Shown one piece after another: positions 1 to 13,224 of a stretch of DNA of 64,000 nucleotides. This DNA is from the human T2T-CHM13v2.0 reference genome, Homo sapiens. Position 1 is the first letter of the stretch; each line of letters starts with the position of its first letter. Under the pieces are notes generated by a model. The model had not been told where the DNA came from, made no database searches, and was given only the letters and a program-made list of their open reading frames with translations. The stretch lies in NCBI RefSeq assembly GCF_009914755.1, contig NC_060936.1; one strand, given 5' to 3'. The position numbers were made by a program, and so were the translations under genes.

Positions 1-445
1 CTTTGGGCATGGCGTTATGCCACGGATAAATTTCCCTTGCTTAAAGACACTCATTTTTGCTCATTTTTCTAATTTACTGTAGAGCAGGCAATCCTTCACA
101 AATATATATGCTTTCCTGTTTTTTCATCATTATCCTGATGTTGCTAAAATCAGTCAGCACCTGACGCAGGAAATTCATTTTAGAAAATCCATAGCAGAGT
201 CTGTCTTCACTCACTCTTGATTAGAGTTTTTAGTTGTCCCAGCTCTCCTAATATTTTAACACTCCAAGGCAGCAACACATTCTGTTTTTAATTTTTAACA
301 TGCTCTTCATCCCACCACATAGACACTGACCTTTCTTTAACAAGCTTGAATGCTTTCCAAGGCCTTTTGGGGACTTGCTTCCACTCAAGGTAGAAGTTCT
401 GAGATTTGGCATGGGCCGAATCCCTTGAGAGAGTAGGAACAGACT

Positions 446-470
446 GGGGTGCGGTGGGGCGGGGGTGGGG
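446..470 (+). other. Putative G-quadruplex / GC box
   Basis: GGGG tgcggt GGGG c GGGGG t GGGG: four runs of 4 or more G. Confidence 0.55.
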
Positions 471-914
471 TGCTGAGAGCCTGAGACATTTTGCCAAACA
501 TTCAGACACAAAGTCTGGGCCCTCCTCGGAGCCAAGAGCTTCTTGTAAGAAAAGAAGACCACCCTGGAAGGAGGACTTCGGGAGCGGTAGCTTTCACTCT
601 TTGCTTCCTCAGGGACACTTTTTAGACCTTTCAGGAAAGAGAAAAAGGCTGGGGCAGTCATTCCAGGGAATGTGAGAAGATGGATGGGGCAGTGGTTCAT
701 CCCTGCAGTTCTCCCGTGCAATTACTCTCCCTCCTGCAAACAGCTTGAAAATGTAGCTCCTGCATGACAGCTGGAGATAAGCTGCTTTTGTCTAATTTGT
801 TCCTAATGCTTTTGCATTTAGTGCAATTCTGCTGTGTGTATACAGCCTAACCCTCTCATGTTTGAGATCCTCTTGAAATCTCTTTTTGTCTCCAGTACAA
901 AGATCAGATTTTGG

Positions 915-1085
915 TGCTGTGTGCCTTTGGGTAAGCTATTTAACTCCTCTATGCTTTCATTTCCTTAATTTGAGCACGGGAATAATGTTATAACACAATC
1001 TATCTCATGGGGTGTCGTAAGGAGCAAATGATTTAAAATGTATAAAATACTCAGCACAGTGTCTGGCAGAGAGCAAGTGCTGTAC
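915..1085 (+). mobile_element. MIR SINE
   Basis: Degenerate MIR core gctgtgtgcctttgggtaagctatttaac...cagcacagtgtctggca. Confidence 0.7.
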
Positions 1086-1547
1086 TGGGATTTGCTATCT
1101 AACAGAGAGCAGTAGGATTTTCATGAACCTCAGTCCATTTTAAGCCAACTCCCAAGCTTAAGTTAGAATTGGTCTGCTTACTTGGAAAACAATGTAGTAT
1201 TTGGAAATTGCAGAAGTTCTAAAGTTAAAGGTGATATGTCTGCCAGACAGCTAGAATCCTCCAATAGTGGTCAGAGCCCAGAAACAGGAGATGGGAAGAT
1301 GACCCCTTCTCTCCTGCCCTTTTCCCCAGGACCAGTTTTGTTTCATCCCGGGCTTGTGGCATTTTGGATGAAGGGGGCCTGCCTTCAGACACAAGCTCTT
1401 CTGGCCCTTCCTAGGGGCAGACATCCTCATGTAGGGCTCAGGCCTAAGGCTGGAAACCAAGAGCTCCTTGTGGCCACAGACCAAGTGCCCTTGTGGCCGT
1501 TCCTGTCAAGGTCATCCATCTGCAACTGCATTGTGCCCTGGTGCAGC

Positions 1548-1861
1548 TTTTCATTTTCATTTTTATTTTCTTAGAGGCCAGGGTCTCGCTCTGTTGCCCA
1601 CGCTGGAGTGCAGTGGTGCAATCCTAGCACACTGCAGCCTCAAACTCCTGGGCTCAGGTGATCCTCTTGCCTCAGCTTCCTGAGTAGCTGAGACTACAGG
1701 CACATGCCACCATAGCTGGCTAATAATTAAAAATTTTTATTGTAGAGATGGGGGTCTCACTATGTTGCCCAAAACTGGTCTCAAAGTCTGGGGCTTAAGC
1801 AGTCCTCCTGCCTTTCTTCCCAAGGTGCTAGGATTACAGGCGTGAGCCACCGTGCCCAGCC
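1548..1861 (-). mobile_element. Alu (J-like)
   Basis: Full-length antisense Alu. Confidence 0.93.
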
Positions 1862-2000
1862 TGGTGCAGATCTTAATGCACATTTTTCTACACAAATGTT
1901 CCCCAAAGGCCAAATTTGGTGCCAGGTTTTATATGCAGGTCGACATAATTTGTATTATGACCGCAATTCTATGAAGGTTTTCTTTGGACTTGTTCATTTA

Positions 2001-2309
<309 letters not shown>

Positions 2310-2616
2310 GTTCAGATGTTACCTAGAGGCCTGAGGGAGCTTATGTTGCATCGTGTCCTCTCTGAGGACTCATGGTGCATGGATCATCCATTGCCTTCTC
2401 TTGCTTGTTTGTGCATTTGCTGGTTTTCTCTCCTTCTCCATAGGCACCAGTCTCCTCTAAGGTTCTTTCTCTCTCCATCTTTGCCTTTTCAGTCTAGTCC
2501 CTGCTGCCTTATTTGTCTCTAAGAGATGAACTGAGACTGCAACCAGAAGCACACAGGAACACGTGACTGTGGCCAGCATGAGGAGGGGTCCTAAGTGTGT
2601 GCCAGGGCCTGGAGAC

Positions 2617-2840
2617 AGATGGTTCCTGACTTGCGATCCTTCAACTTAGGATCGTCTGACTTTACAATGACGCAAAAGCAATACACACCCAAGCATGCTC
2701 GTCAATTTATGATGCGGGTACATCTGGATGAATCCATCCTAAATTGAAAATATCAAGTGGAAAATGCACTTTGGACTTAGAATGTTTTCAGGTTATGATG
2801 GGTTTATCAGGATGTAACCCCATTGTTAAGGGGCACCTGT
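2617..2840. mobile_element. TcMar-Tigger DNA transposon relic (MER47/Tigger5-like)
   Basis: cagatggttcctgactt...gatgggtttatcaggatgtaaccccatt...cacctgta. Confidence 0.7.
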
Positions 2841-3004
2841 AGAAGTCACCTCATGAACCCTCCTACCAACCCAGGGAAATTTCATTGATTCATTTTATTT
2901 AGTTAGTTTGTTTATTTTAAATTTTATTTATTACTTATATATTTACTTATTATTTATTTGCTTATTTACTTGTTTATGTACTCATTATTTACTTATTTGT
3001 TTAC

Positions 3005-3451
3005 TTTTTTTTTGAGACAGAGTCTCACTTTGTCGCCCAGGCCGGAGTACAGTGATGCAATCTCGGCTCACTGCAACCTCCACCTCCTGGGTTCAAGCGA
3101 TTCTCCTGCCTCAGCCTCCTGAGTAGCTGGGATTACAGGCATACACTACCACGCCCAGCTAATTTTTGTATTTTTTAAGTAGAGATGGGGTTTTGCCGTG
3201 TTGGCCAGGCTGGTCTCAAACTCCTGACCTCAGGTGATCTCCCTGCCCCAGTCTCCCAAAGTGACTGGCATTACAGGCATGAGCCACCGTGCCCAGCCCT
3301 ACTTATTTGTTTACTTATTTACATGTTGGTTGGTTGATTGACAGGGGTCTTGCTATGTTGCTCAGGCTGGTCTTGAACTCCTGGCCTCATGCAGTCCTCC
3401 TGCCTCAGCCTCTCAAATAGCTGGGATTACAGGTGTGAGGCACCAGGCCCA
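3005..3451 (-). mobile_element. Alu (3005-3298) plus FLAM-like monomer (3338-3451)
   Basis: Antisense Alu consensus. Confidence 0.93.
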
Positions 3452-3744
3452 GCAAGGAAATAGATATTATTATCCACATTGTTGTAGATGAGAAAATAAG
3501 GCTCAAAAAGGTTAAGCATCTAGGAAAGCCAGGACCAGATCCATTGAAATTGCCTGCTAAAGCTAGTACACTTCTCACAAGCTCAAGTTTCCTTCTCCTT
3601 TTTAGCAGGGTATTTTTCTTGTCTATGTATCTCGAAGCCTTTGTTTTACTTACAGATATTTTCCCTCTTCTTATATTTAGCATTCCTATTAGTTCTGTGA
3701 TCAGTTTTTTCTTCTGGCTTGTTATTTGTGTTGCTTTTAAAATA

Positions 3745-4950
3745 AAAGCTTTATTGAGAGAGAATTCACATACCATAAAACTTGCCCTTTTAAAATGTAC
3801 AATAGGTTGTAAAAGGGTAGTAGGTTTTAGTATATTCACAAAGTTATGAACTGTCACCACTATTTGAGAACATTTCTCTTCCCCCAAAAAGAAACCCTGT
3901 ACCCATTAGCAGTCTCTCCCTTTTCCCCTCAGTCCCTGGCAACCAAGTAATCTATTCTGTCTCTACAGATTTTTGTTTCCATGGATTTGTTTATTCTGGA
4001 AATTTTATATAAGTGGCTTCTTTAGCATAATATCTTTAAAGTTCATCCATGTTGTAGCATGTAGCGATACTTCGCTCCTTTTCATGGCTGTATAATAGTC
4101 CATTATAATAATATGTCACATTTTATTTATCCATTTGTCAGTTGATGAGAATCTGAGTGGTTTCTGATTTGGGGCTATTATGAATAATGCTGCTGTGAAT
4201 ATTGATGTTTCTGGGGAGGCCTCAGGGAACTTACAATCATGGCAGAAGGCAAAGGGGAAACTAGTGCTTCACATGGCCAGAGCAGGGAGCAGGTGTGGGG
4301 GGGTGCCATATACTTTGAAACAACTAGAGCTCGTGAGAACTATCGTGATGACAGCACCAAGGGGGATGTTGTTAAACTATAAGAAATTGCTCCCATGATT
4401 CAACCATCTCCCACCAGGCCCCACCCCCAGCATTGGGGATTACATTTCAACATGAAATTTGGGTGGGGACACCAGTTCAAACCCTATCCCCCGTCAATCA
4501 TACTCTTTATTTTTAGCTATTACAATCTGTTTCTTCTTTTGTAAAAAACAAACAAACAAAAAAAAAAACTAATATTTTGCCAGTTTTCAAAAATGCATTG
4601 ACCTGTGAATTGGAATTGCATTAAATATATGTAAAATTATTTGGGGGATGATTGACATTTTTTATAATATTCAGTCTCTTCACCAGGAATGCTGAAGCCA
4701 TCTTTTATCTCTCTTAGTAAAGTTTTATAGTTTTCTTTATAAGGCTCCTATGCATTTCTTTCCAATATTAGTGCCAGATATTTTATTGGCTATGTAGATG
4801 ACATTTTCTTCCCATTTTCTGTTAATAAATCAACAGGCAATTTAAAAAATGTGTCTGTCTTATATTCAGCCACTTTGCTGAGTTTTCTCATTAATTCTAG
4901 GGACTTTTGCATGGTTTCCATTAGATTTTCTAAGCACATCATCCTTTCAT
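3745..4950 (-). mobile_element. Old L1M fragments, interrupted by an MST-type MaLR LTR piece (about 4208-4490)
   Basis: L1 3' end motifs (gttcatccatgttgtagcatg); ggggaggcctcagggaacttacaatcatggcagaaggc is MST-like. Confidence 0.75.
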
Positions 4951-4964
4951 CTTCAATCCTCTCC

Positions 4965-5070
4965 TTTTTCTTTTTTTTGTGACAGAGTCTTGCTCTGTTG
5001 CCCAGGCTGAAGTGCAGTGGCACAATCATGGCTCACTGCATCCTCAAACCCCTGGGCTCAAGCAATCCCA
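4965..5070 (-). mobile_element. Truncated Alu
   Basis: Alu right-arm 3' piece. Confidence 0.85.
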
Positions 5071-5324
5071 TCCTCTTAATTTTTAAAACCTTCAAGTGAC
5101 ACAGCAGTCAATGTTCCCTGACTCTTATATGAATCCATTTTGCTGTCCCTTGATGTTGTCTCTCAGGTCTCTTATTTCTACTTCTCCTTGTTCTTCCCAA
5201 GCCCTAAGACTCTCCTCCAGTCATAGACCTTTCCCTATTTAGCCCATTCCTTCTTCCTCACTTTTCAATCCACCTTGACAACTTCATTGCCTTCTAACCC
5301 CTGTTAACACCACATCTTCTGCAA

Positions 5325-5995
5325 TCATGTCTGTATTCATTTAGAATGTTAGGGGAGAGAGAGAAGAAAAAGAAAAAAGTTCAACTCAAACTGGCTTGAG
5401 TATTAGACTGCACTTCTGAAAACACTTGGCTGGATCCCGGGGTTCAATACTGACATCAGCACTTGGTCTTGTGCTCTCTCTCAGCTCTGTTTTTCCCTTG
5501 GTGGTTATTCTTAGGCAGATTCTCTCCTTAAGGTGGTCTCCACGTACTATAGGCTAAGTACCAACAGTTTAGCAATTTCAGTAGAAAAAAATAAGGACTT
5601 TTCTCTCTCAGACATTAAAAGAAAAAATCCAGAATGAACTGTTGTCAGAGTGCCTTGAGGCTCTAGTTAGTTAGTTAATTCCTGAACAATCCACTCTGGT
5701 TAAGAGGTGATACAGAACTCTGATTGGCCAGGCCTGGGTCACATGCCCAGTCCCCCACCAATTACTATGGTCAGAGATGGTGCAGAACTCTGACCAAGCC
5801 TGGGTCACATGCCCATTCCCGAACCAATTGCCATTGTCATAGGTGATAGAGTGCTCTGGGTCATGGTGCTTCTTTGAAGCATGGAGTTGTCTAACATGGG
5901 CCAAACATGGAGTTGGAGGCCTGGAGTCAAGGCAAAGGAAAACACACTTACTAGAAGGAGGGAGGCTGATGGGCAGAAAAAAACAGGAACCCACT
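5325..5995. mobile_element. Old MLT1-type MaLR LTR
   Basis: aactcaaactggctt and tctgattggccaggcctgggtcacatgccc motifs. Confidence 0.6.
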
Positions 5996-6358
5996 ACCCC
6001 ATCCCAAAACTAAGACACTTCTAGAACCTCTCTTCTACCTTCCAGCTGGAACACAGTCGTTGGAGGGAAGGAAGGAAGCACAGAGATAAATGACAATGAC
6101 TATGATACATTGTAACTTTTCATGTCCATTTTTGCTTCCAGGGGTTAAGAAACCTGAAAGCATTTTTTCCTGTGATTTCCAGAGAGGTTTTTTTCCCCTT
6201 TCTACTCTCAAAGAATTGAAACATTTGAAAGATATTAGCTTCATATATTCTTATAATTCAAATATGAGGAAGACCATAACTGTAGTAATGGCATGCCCAC
6301 TCCCGGGGAACCATGCAGAGAACTATCAGTGATAAATGTGAATCCCACCTCGATAGGA

Positions 6359-6722
6359 TGTGTTAGTCTGTTCTCATGCTGCTAATAAAGACATAATGCA
6401 AGGCTGGGTAATTTATAAAGAAAAGAGGTTTAATTGACTCACAGTTCCACATGGCTGGGGAGGCCTCACAATAGGGGTGGAAACTGAAGGGGAAGCAAGA
6501 CACGTCATACATGGCAGCAGGCAAGAGATCATGTGCAGGGGAACTCCGCTTTATAAAACCATCAGATCTAGTGAGACTTATTCACTATCACAAGAACAGC
6601 ATGGGAAAGACCTGCCCCCATGATTCAATTACCTCCCACAGGGTCCCTCCCATCACACGTGGGGATTATGGGAGCTACAATTCAAGATGAGATTTGGGTG
6701 GGGACACAGCCAAACCATATCA
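6359..6722 (-). mobile_element. THE1 solo LTR
   Basis: tgtgttagtc...cagccaaaccatatca; TSD tagga/taggg. Confidence 0.93.
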
Positions 6723-7064
6723 TAGGGGTTTGACTTCTGGAACCCTGCTTTTGGGAGGAGTGAAACCTGTTATGTACTCATTTGTGATCACAGAAGTTTT
6801 AATCTGAGGGTAGTACAATATGCACAAACCTAGCTGATCAAACCGTGAATTTTCCAACTCAGTAGACAGTTGGGATGTTTGGCAACGATTTTCTGAGATC
6901 TTTGTGAATGTATATGTGGATCTCTACATAGGTACAAAAAGCTCCCCAGACTTCAGCAAGGGTTTAGTTTAGGGGTTGTCTGTATCAGAAACTGGAAAGC
7001 TAAGAAAAAAAGGGGAAGTGTCTCCCAAATGCTTCAAATCATTTATTTGATGGATTTTTCGTTT

Positions 7065-7212
7065 TCGAGACGGTCTTGTTCTGTTGCCCAGGCTGGAGTG
7101 TGGTGGCGCCATTATGACTCACTGCAGCCTTGAACTCCTGAGCTCAAGCGATCCTCCTGCTTTGACCTCCCAAAGTGTTGGGAATATAAGTGTGAGCCAC
7201 TGCACTCAGCCT
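7065..7212 (-). mobile_element. Alu monomer (FLAM-like)
   Basis: Single-arm antisense Alu. Confidence 0.85.
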
Positions 7213-7463
7213 TTAAAACCATTTAGAATACCAACCCCTCATCAGACGAGACACTTTCAAGCATTGTACTTTAACAACCTAGAAAAAAGCCATAGGCCCA
7301 GTATTTCTCTTTCAACTAAAACTGTGTAGCTTGAATGGATGGCAACTCACAGGGCAAAAACAGACGTCTGAGGGCTGGCTTCTGACCACCCCTGTCTCTC
7401 CAAGGTCACATTTCCAGTCTGACCTCTCTTGGGTGTCTTGATCACATCTAAAGTTAATTTTCT

Positions 7464-7763
7464 GGCCAGGCATGGTGGCTCACACCTGTAATCCCAGCAC
7501 TTTGGAGGGCCAAGAAGGGCAGATCACTTGAGGTCAGGAGTTAGAGAGCAGCCTGGCCAACATGGTGAAACCTTGTCTCTACTAAAAATACAAAAATCAG
7601 CCAGGTGTGATGGCACGCGCCTCTTATCCCAGCTACTCGGGAGGCTGAAGCAGGAGAATCACTTGAATCGGAGGTGGAGGTTGCAGCGAGCTGAGATTGT
7701 GCCACTGCACTCCAGCCTGGGTGACAGAGCAAGACTCCATCTCAAAAAAAAAAAAAAAAAAAA
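7464..7763 (+). mobile_element. Alu (S-like)
   Basis: Full dimer, poly(A). Confidence 0.95.
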
Positions 7764-8039
7764 TCATTTTCCTTGCTTTCTGCTTCATTTTCTGCTTCAC
7801 ACCCATCTTGTTAGTTTCCAGAATTCTTAGGCCTCTGACCCTACATCCTGCCCTTATTTCTTGAAGTGAATTGATAAAGTCTTGTCCTTTTGCTGGGAAG
7901 CAATAGGGTTCCTGTTACGATGCTCAAGCTTACAGGAGGTTTTCAAAATCTTTATATTTTTCCATAAGAGAATAGTTTGTTCATAACACTGTATTGCTTC
8001 ATATGTAAATTTTCAGGAGGAAAGAAGTGCTTCTCATTA

Positions 8040-8357
<318 letters not shown>

Positions 8358-8539
8358 AGTTAACATTTCCACTTTTAAGCTATTGTTATGCTTAAAAGAC
8401 TACAGAGAATATTTGGAGTGGCAGAGTCCTTGATGAACAAAATTCTAACCTAGAAACCATTAAGAAAAAACTTCTGACAAAATTTATGTACAAATTGAAA
8501 ACAAATTTTGAAAAATCCTAAATAATGTTGAAGGGCAAG

Positions 8540-9110
8540 AAACAAACTGAGATGATTATTTGCAGCACATGACAAACGACTAATTGCCTTAAGATATAAA
8601 GAGCTCTTGCAAATAAATTAGAAAAGGACCAACAATCCAAAAATGTTGGGAAGAAGAGAGAAGACAAAAGCAGGGAGAGGAAGCCTTAAAGATAAATTCA
8701 GATGGCTTTGAAGCATAGGAAAAGAGGATCAGCCTTCCTTACCATTATGAAAATCCTGAAATAGGCAACAATCAAAACTTGATAATACAAAGTGATAGCC
8801 AGAGTATAGAAGACAAGTATCTTTGTGCACTGCTGGGAATGTCAATTCATTCATCTTTGATGTAAGGCATTATGACAGTGTTTAGCAAAATAATAAATGT
8901 CATGTAAACCTCGACTCAGTAATTCAACTTATAGGAACTCCATATCCTACTGTTTTCCATATATGTATGTCTTAGAGTCAGATTACAGCATTGTTTATAG
9001 TATTAATAGCAAAACTTGAAACAATTTAAACACTAACCTCTGGGACCTAGTTCAATCTTCTATGGAGAATCCACACAATATCCATTTAAAAGTACATTAG
9101 GCAATACGGT
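8540..9110 (+). mobile_element. Highly diverged L1M(E) fragment
   Basis: tataaagagctcttgcaaat...gactcagtaattcaacttatagga resembles the L1 ORF2 3' region. Confidence 0.55.
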
Positions 9111-9145
9111 GGCATACCTACAGTATCACACACCTGTAAGAGTTC

Positions 9146-9493
<348 letters not shown>

Positions 9494-9878
9494 TAGTCAT
9501 GAAATGAAACAAGTAACACTAATAGCCAGAAAAGAAGTAGAGACAGTGAGATATTTCATTGAACTTTGGATATATAAAATCATACAGTAAAAGAAACAAA
9601 TTCAAAATTAAATATTGCAGTACAAAATGGGAGAAGTAGTAATGGATTAGTCTTTTTAAATTACATTCATGTATTTTTTGACAAAAGATTAGAAGGTTAT
9701 ATCTACATATTTGTCATTAGTTTCTGTTTTCAACTCCGGCAAATCTGTCTATGATTTTTATCAATATTGATCCTTTTTGCATATGCATGTTCAATAGATA
9801 GAAAGCAAGAGATATATAAATGGTTGGGGAAAGTCTTAAGGATAAGGTTGGTAGAGATTCATAAAAATTCCTTTTCAT

Positions 9879-10223
9879 GGCCAGGCTCAGTGGCTCATGC
9901 CAGTAATCCCAGCACTTTGGGAGGCTGAGGTGGGCAGATCACTTGAGGTCAGGAGTTCGAGACCAGCCTGGACAACGTGGCAAAATTCCATCTCTACCAA
10001 AAATACAAAAAATTAGCCATATGTGGTGGCGGGCACCTGTAATCCCAGCTACTCAGGAGGCTGAGGCAGGAGAATTGCTTGAATCTGGGAGGCGGAGGTT
10101 GCAGTGAGCCAAGATTGTGCCACTTGCACTCTAGCCTGGGTGACAGAGCGAGACTCCATCTCAAAAAAAAAAAAAAAAAAAAGCCAGATTTCAGCGTTCC
10201 ATCTCAAAAAAAAAAAAAAAAAA
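9879..10223 (+). mobile_element. Alu (S-like) with a double poly(A) tail
   Basis: Dimer, A-tail 10163-10182, spacer, tccatctc, A-tail 10206-10223; TSD tccttttca. Confidence 0.93.
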
Positions 10224-10411
10224 TCCTTTTCACAGCACATTCCAGAAATGGTAATATTGTCTATGTCTGTTTCTTCAGATTAATTCTTGCAGTTTTCACA
10301 TGCCTCCATTGTTGAAAATTTTCCACTTCACTACAGAATTCATCATACATTTCTATTATATTTGCTAAGAATTTCTGCAAAAAATCAGATAAAATGGCTG
10401 AACGATAGCAA

Positions 10412-10967
10412 TTGTGGAAATAAATGAAGACCAACAAAATGAAAATAAGCAAATATTCAGAGTTTGCTATAGCAAGGGAGTCAGCCACCATCACATGCAT
10501 TTGTGGCAGAGACTCAATGGCAGGCAGAAGAGTAGGAAAGTTTCATATTGGGGAAGAGGAGGATGACTTCAGGTTTGCCCTGATTGGAGGCTGTTTGCAG
10601 GGAGAAAGCAGCAGGTGGGCTAGCCAGAAGCAGAGCATCCTCTGTGATGGGTTAGGGGTGCATATTTGGGCTACTCTAGTTGGTCCTAAGTAGAAAGCAG
10701 GGATAAAACTTAAGGAAGTTGTCAGTGATGAATCAAGTACTGGCTACCTTGGGCTGATTGTTCTAAGGCTTATTGTTTGACTCCCTGGGCTATTACTAGA
10801 GTTAGTGGTCTGATTTCTTACAAGTGTGATGTGTAGTCTGCTGGCTTCCTGGACTGGTTACTGTAGAAAACAGGCTGGCTTTCTGGGTAGGCTGCTGCAG
10901 GCTGTGGGTCAGATTTCAGGTTTTATATATGGCCTGGTCATTGATAATCTGTATATTCAGTCTTTCA
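10412..10967. mobile_element. ERV solo LTR (subfamily uncertain)
   Basis: attcagagtttgctatagcaagggagtcagccaccatcac...ctgattggaggctg; ends in ttca. Confidence 0.65.
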
Positions 10968-11055
10968 TGGCATTAATATTATTTTGTTCTTTGTTTCAGA
11001 ACATGTTTCAGAAATGATCAAAGCATTTAAATATTTATTTCATTTCTTTCAGTAA

Positions 11056-11428
<373 letters not shown>

Positions 11429-11524
11429 GATTTTTTTTTAATGTATATATTCATTTTCTTTTATTTTTCTGTTGCGTGGTTTATGGTTTTCTGTACAATT
11501 TCTGTGTGAGCATCTTCAGGAGAC

Positions 11525-11828
11525 TTTTTTTTTTTTTTTTTTTTGAGACAGCGTCATGCTCTGTCACACAGGCTGGAGTGCAGTGGTGTGAACATGGCTC
11601 ACTGCAGCCTTGATCTCCTGTGTTCAAGTGATCCTCCCACCTCAGCCTTCCAAGTATTTGGGACCACAGGTGCACACCACCATGTCTGGCTAATTTTTAA
11701 ATTTTTTGTAGAGACAGGGCCTCTCTGTGTTGCCCATGCTGGTCTCGAACTCCTGGCTTCAAGTGATCCTCCCACCTCGGCCTCTGAAAGTGCTGAGATT
11801 ATAGGTGTGAGCCACTGTACCTGGCCCA
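11525..11828 (-). mobile_element. Alu (J-like)
   Basis: Antisense dimer. Confidence 0.93.
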
Positions 11829-11919
11829 GAGATAATTTCAAAGCTTGGTGGTTAGGCTAATTCTGCCTCTTCCCAAATATTTTTATGACTGATTAACCTC
11901 ATTTAAAACATCACATAAG

Positions 11920-12060
11920 GGCCAGGCACAATGGCTCATACTTGTTATCCCAGCACGTTGGGAGGCCAAGGTGGGGAGGATCACTTGAAGCCAGGAGTTC
12001 AAGACCAGTCTGAGCCACAAAGCAAGATCCCATCTCTTTAAAAAATAATAATAACATAAG
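11920..12060 (+). mobile_element. Alu left monomer (FLAM-like)
   Basis: ggccaggcacaatggctca...A-rich end. Confidence 0.85.
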
Positions 12061-13224
12061 CAAAAATTAACTCTGAAAAAGAAAAAAAATTGCATTTAGC
12101 TATCATGATTTATTTCTAGTCTAGTATATAAAGTCGAAAATATGTAGTATCACAGGGACTAGAAACACAAATAGTGCCTGAAGTAAGCTCAAACAATGTG
12201 AATTTGATAAGATCTTGCTCAGAAAGTGAACACACATAGGTAAGTTTGTATGTGCCAGGGGATGTTAGCATAACTAGAAATTCTCCAGATAAACTTCTGT
12301 GTAGAATGCAATTTAAGGGATAATCAACAAAACGAAATCATGTGAATTTTCTATGTCCATTATTATAACTCAACAGAAACCACAGCAATCATTTAATACT
12401 TGGGTCAACAAAAAAATTCTTTTTAGGGAGGAATATTTTTATCACTGACATTGCTTAGAATTGCTAATTTTTGGTGATAATAAAAAGCAGGCTGACTTAA
12501 TTGTTTTATTATTATTTGTAAATTTTCTACAGACACCTAGGTACTCCTGCTATCCCCAACCCCCAACCCATATGCCACTGGAGATACTTTAACAGAATCG
12601 AACGATCACAATGAGAGAGTAAGGAAAAAATTCAAAAGCAAGGACTAAGTGTGTGTATATTACATGCTCCCACTTGCATGTGTTTTAAGCAATACATGTA
12701 CTTATACATATTGATGAATGGAATGACTGAAAGAACATAGAAGACATTATTGAAGTGGTCACTTTTCAAGAGGGAGTCTGGGAAACAGGAGTGGGATGGG
12801 AGCTAGTCTCTGTCCTAGCTGACTCGCTGGGGACTTCTGTTCATTGCACAATGTACAAGGCATTGCACTAGGTGTATTGCATAAGCTATTTCTTTAGTTT
12901 TTACCTGATGTCCTTTTTCTATTCCATGATCCCATACAAGGTACATTCCATTTAGTCATCATGTCTCCTTTGGCTTCTCTTGGCTGTGACAGTTTCTCAG
13001 ACTTTCCTTGTTAAGGATGACCTTGACAATTTTGAGGAGTACAAAGCAGGCATTTTGTAGGTTGCCCCAATATTTAAATTTGTCTGATATTCTTCTCATC
13101 ATTATATTGGTGTTAGGGGTTATTGGGAAGACCACAGAGGCAGGGTGTTATTTTCATCACATCACATTAAGGGCACATACTATCCACATGATATAACAGT
13201 TGATGTTGACCTGACCTCTTTTTA

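Noticed and set aside
248-721. 157-aa minus-strand ORF and overlapping ORFs
   Set aside because: No homology recognised and no splice support.
3544-3849. Hydrophobic 'membrane protein' ORF
   Set aside because: T-rich sequence running into antisense L1; a compositional artefact with a TTG start.
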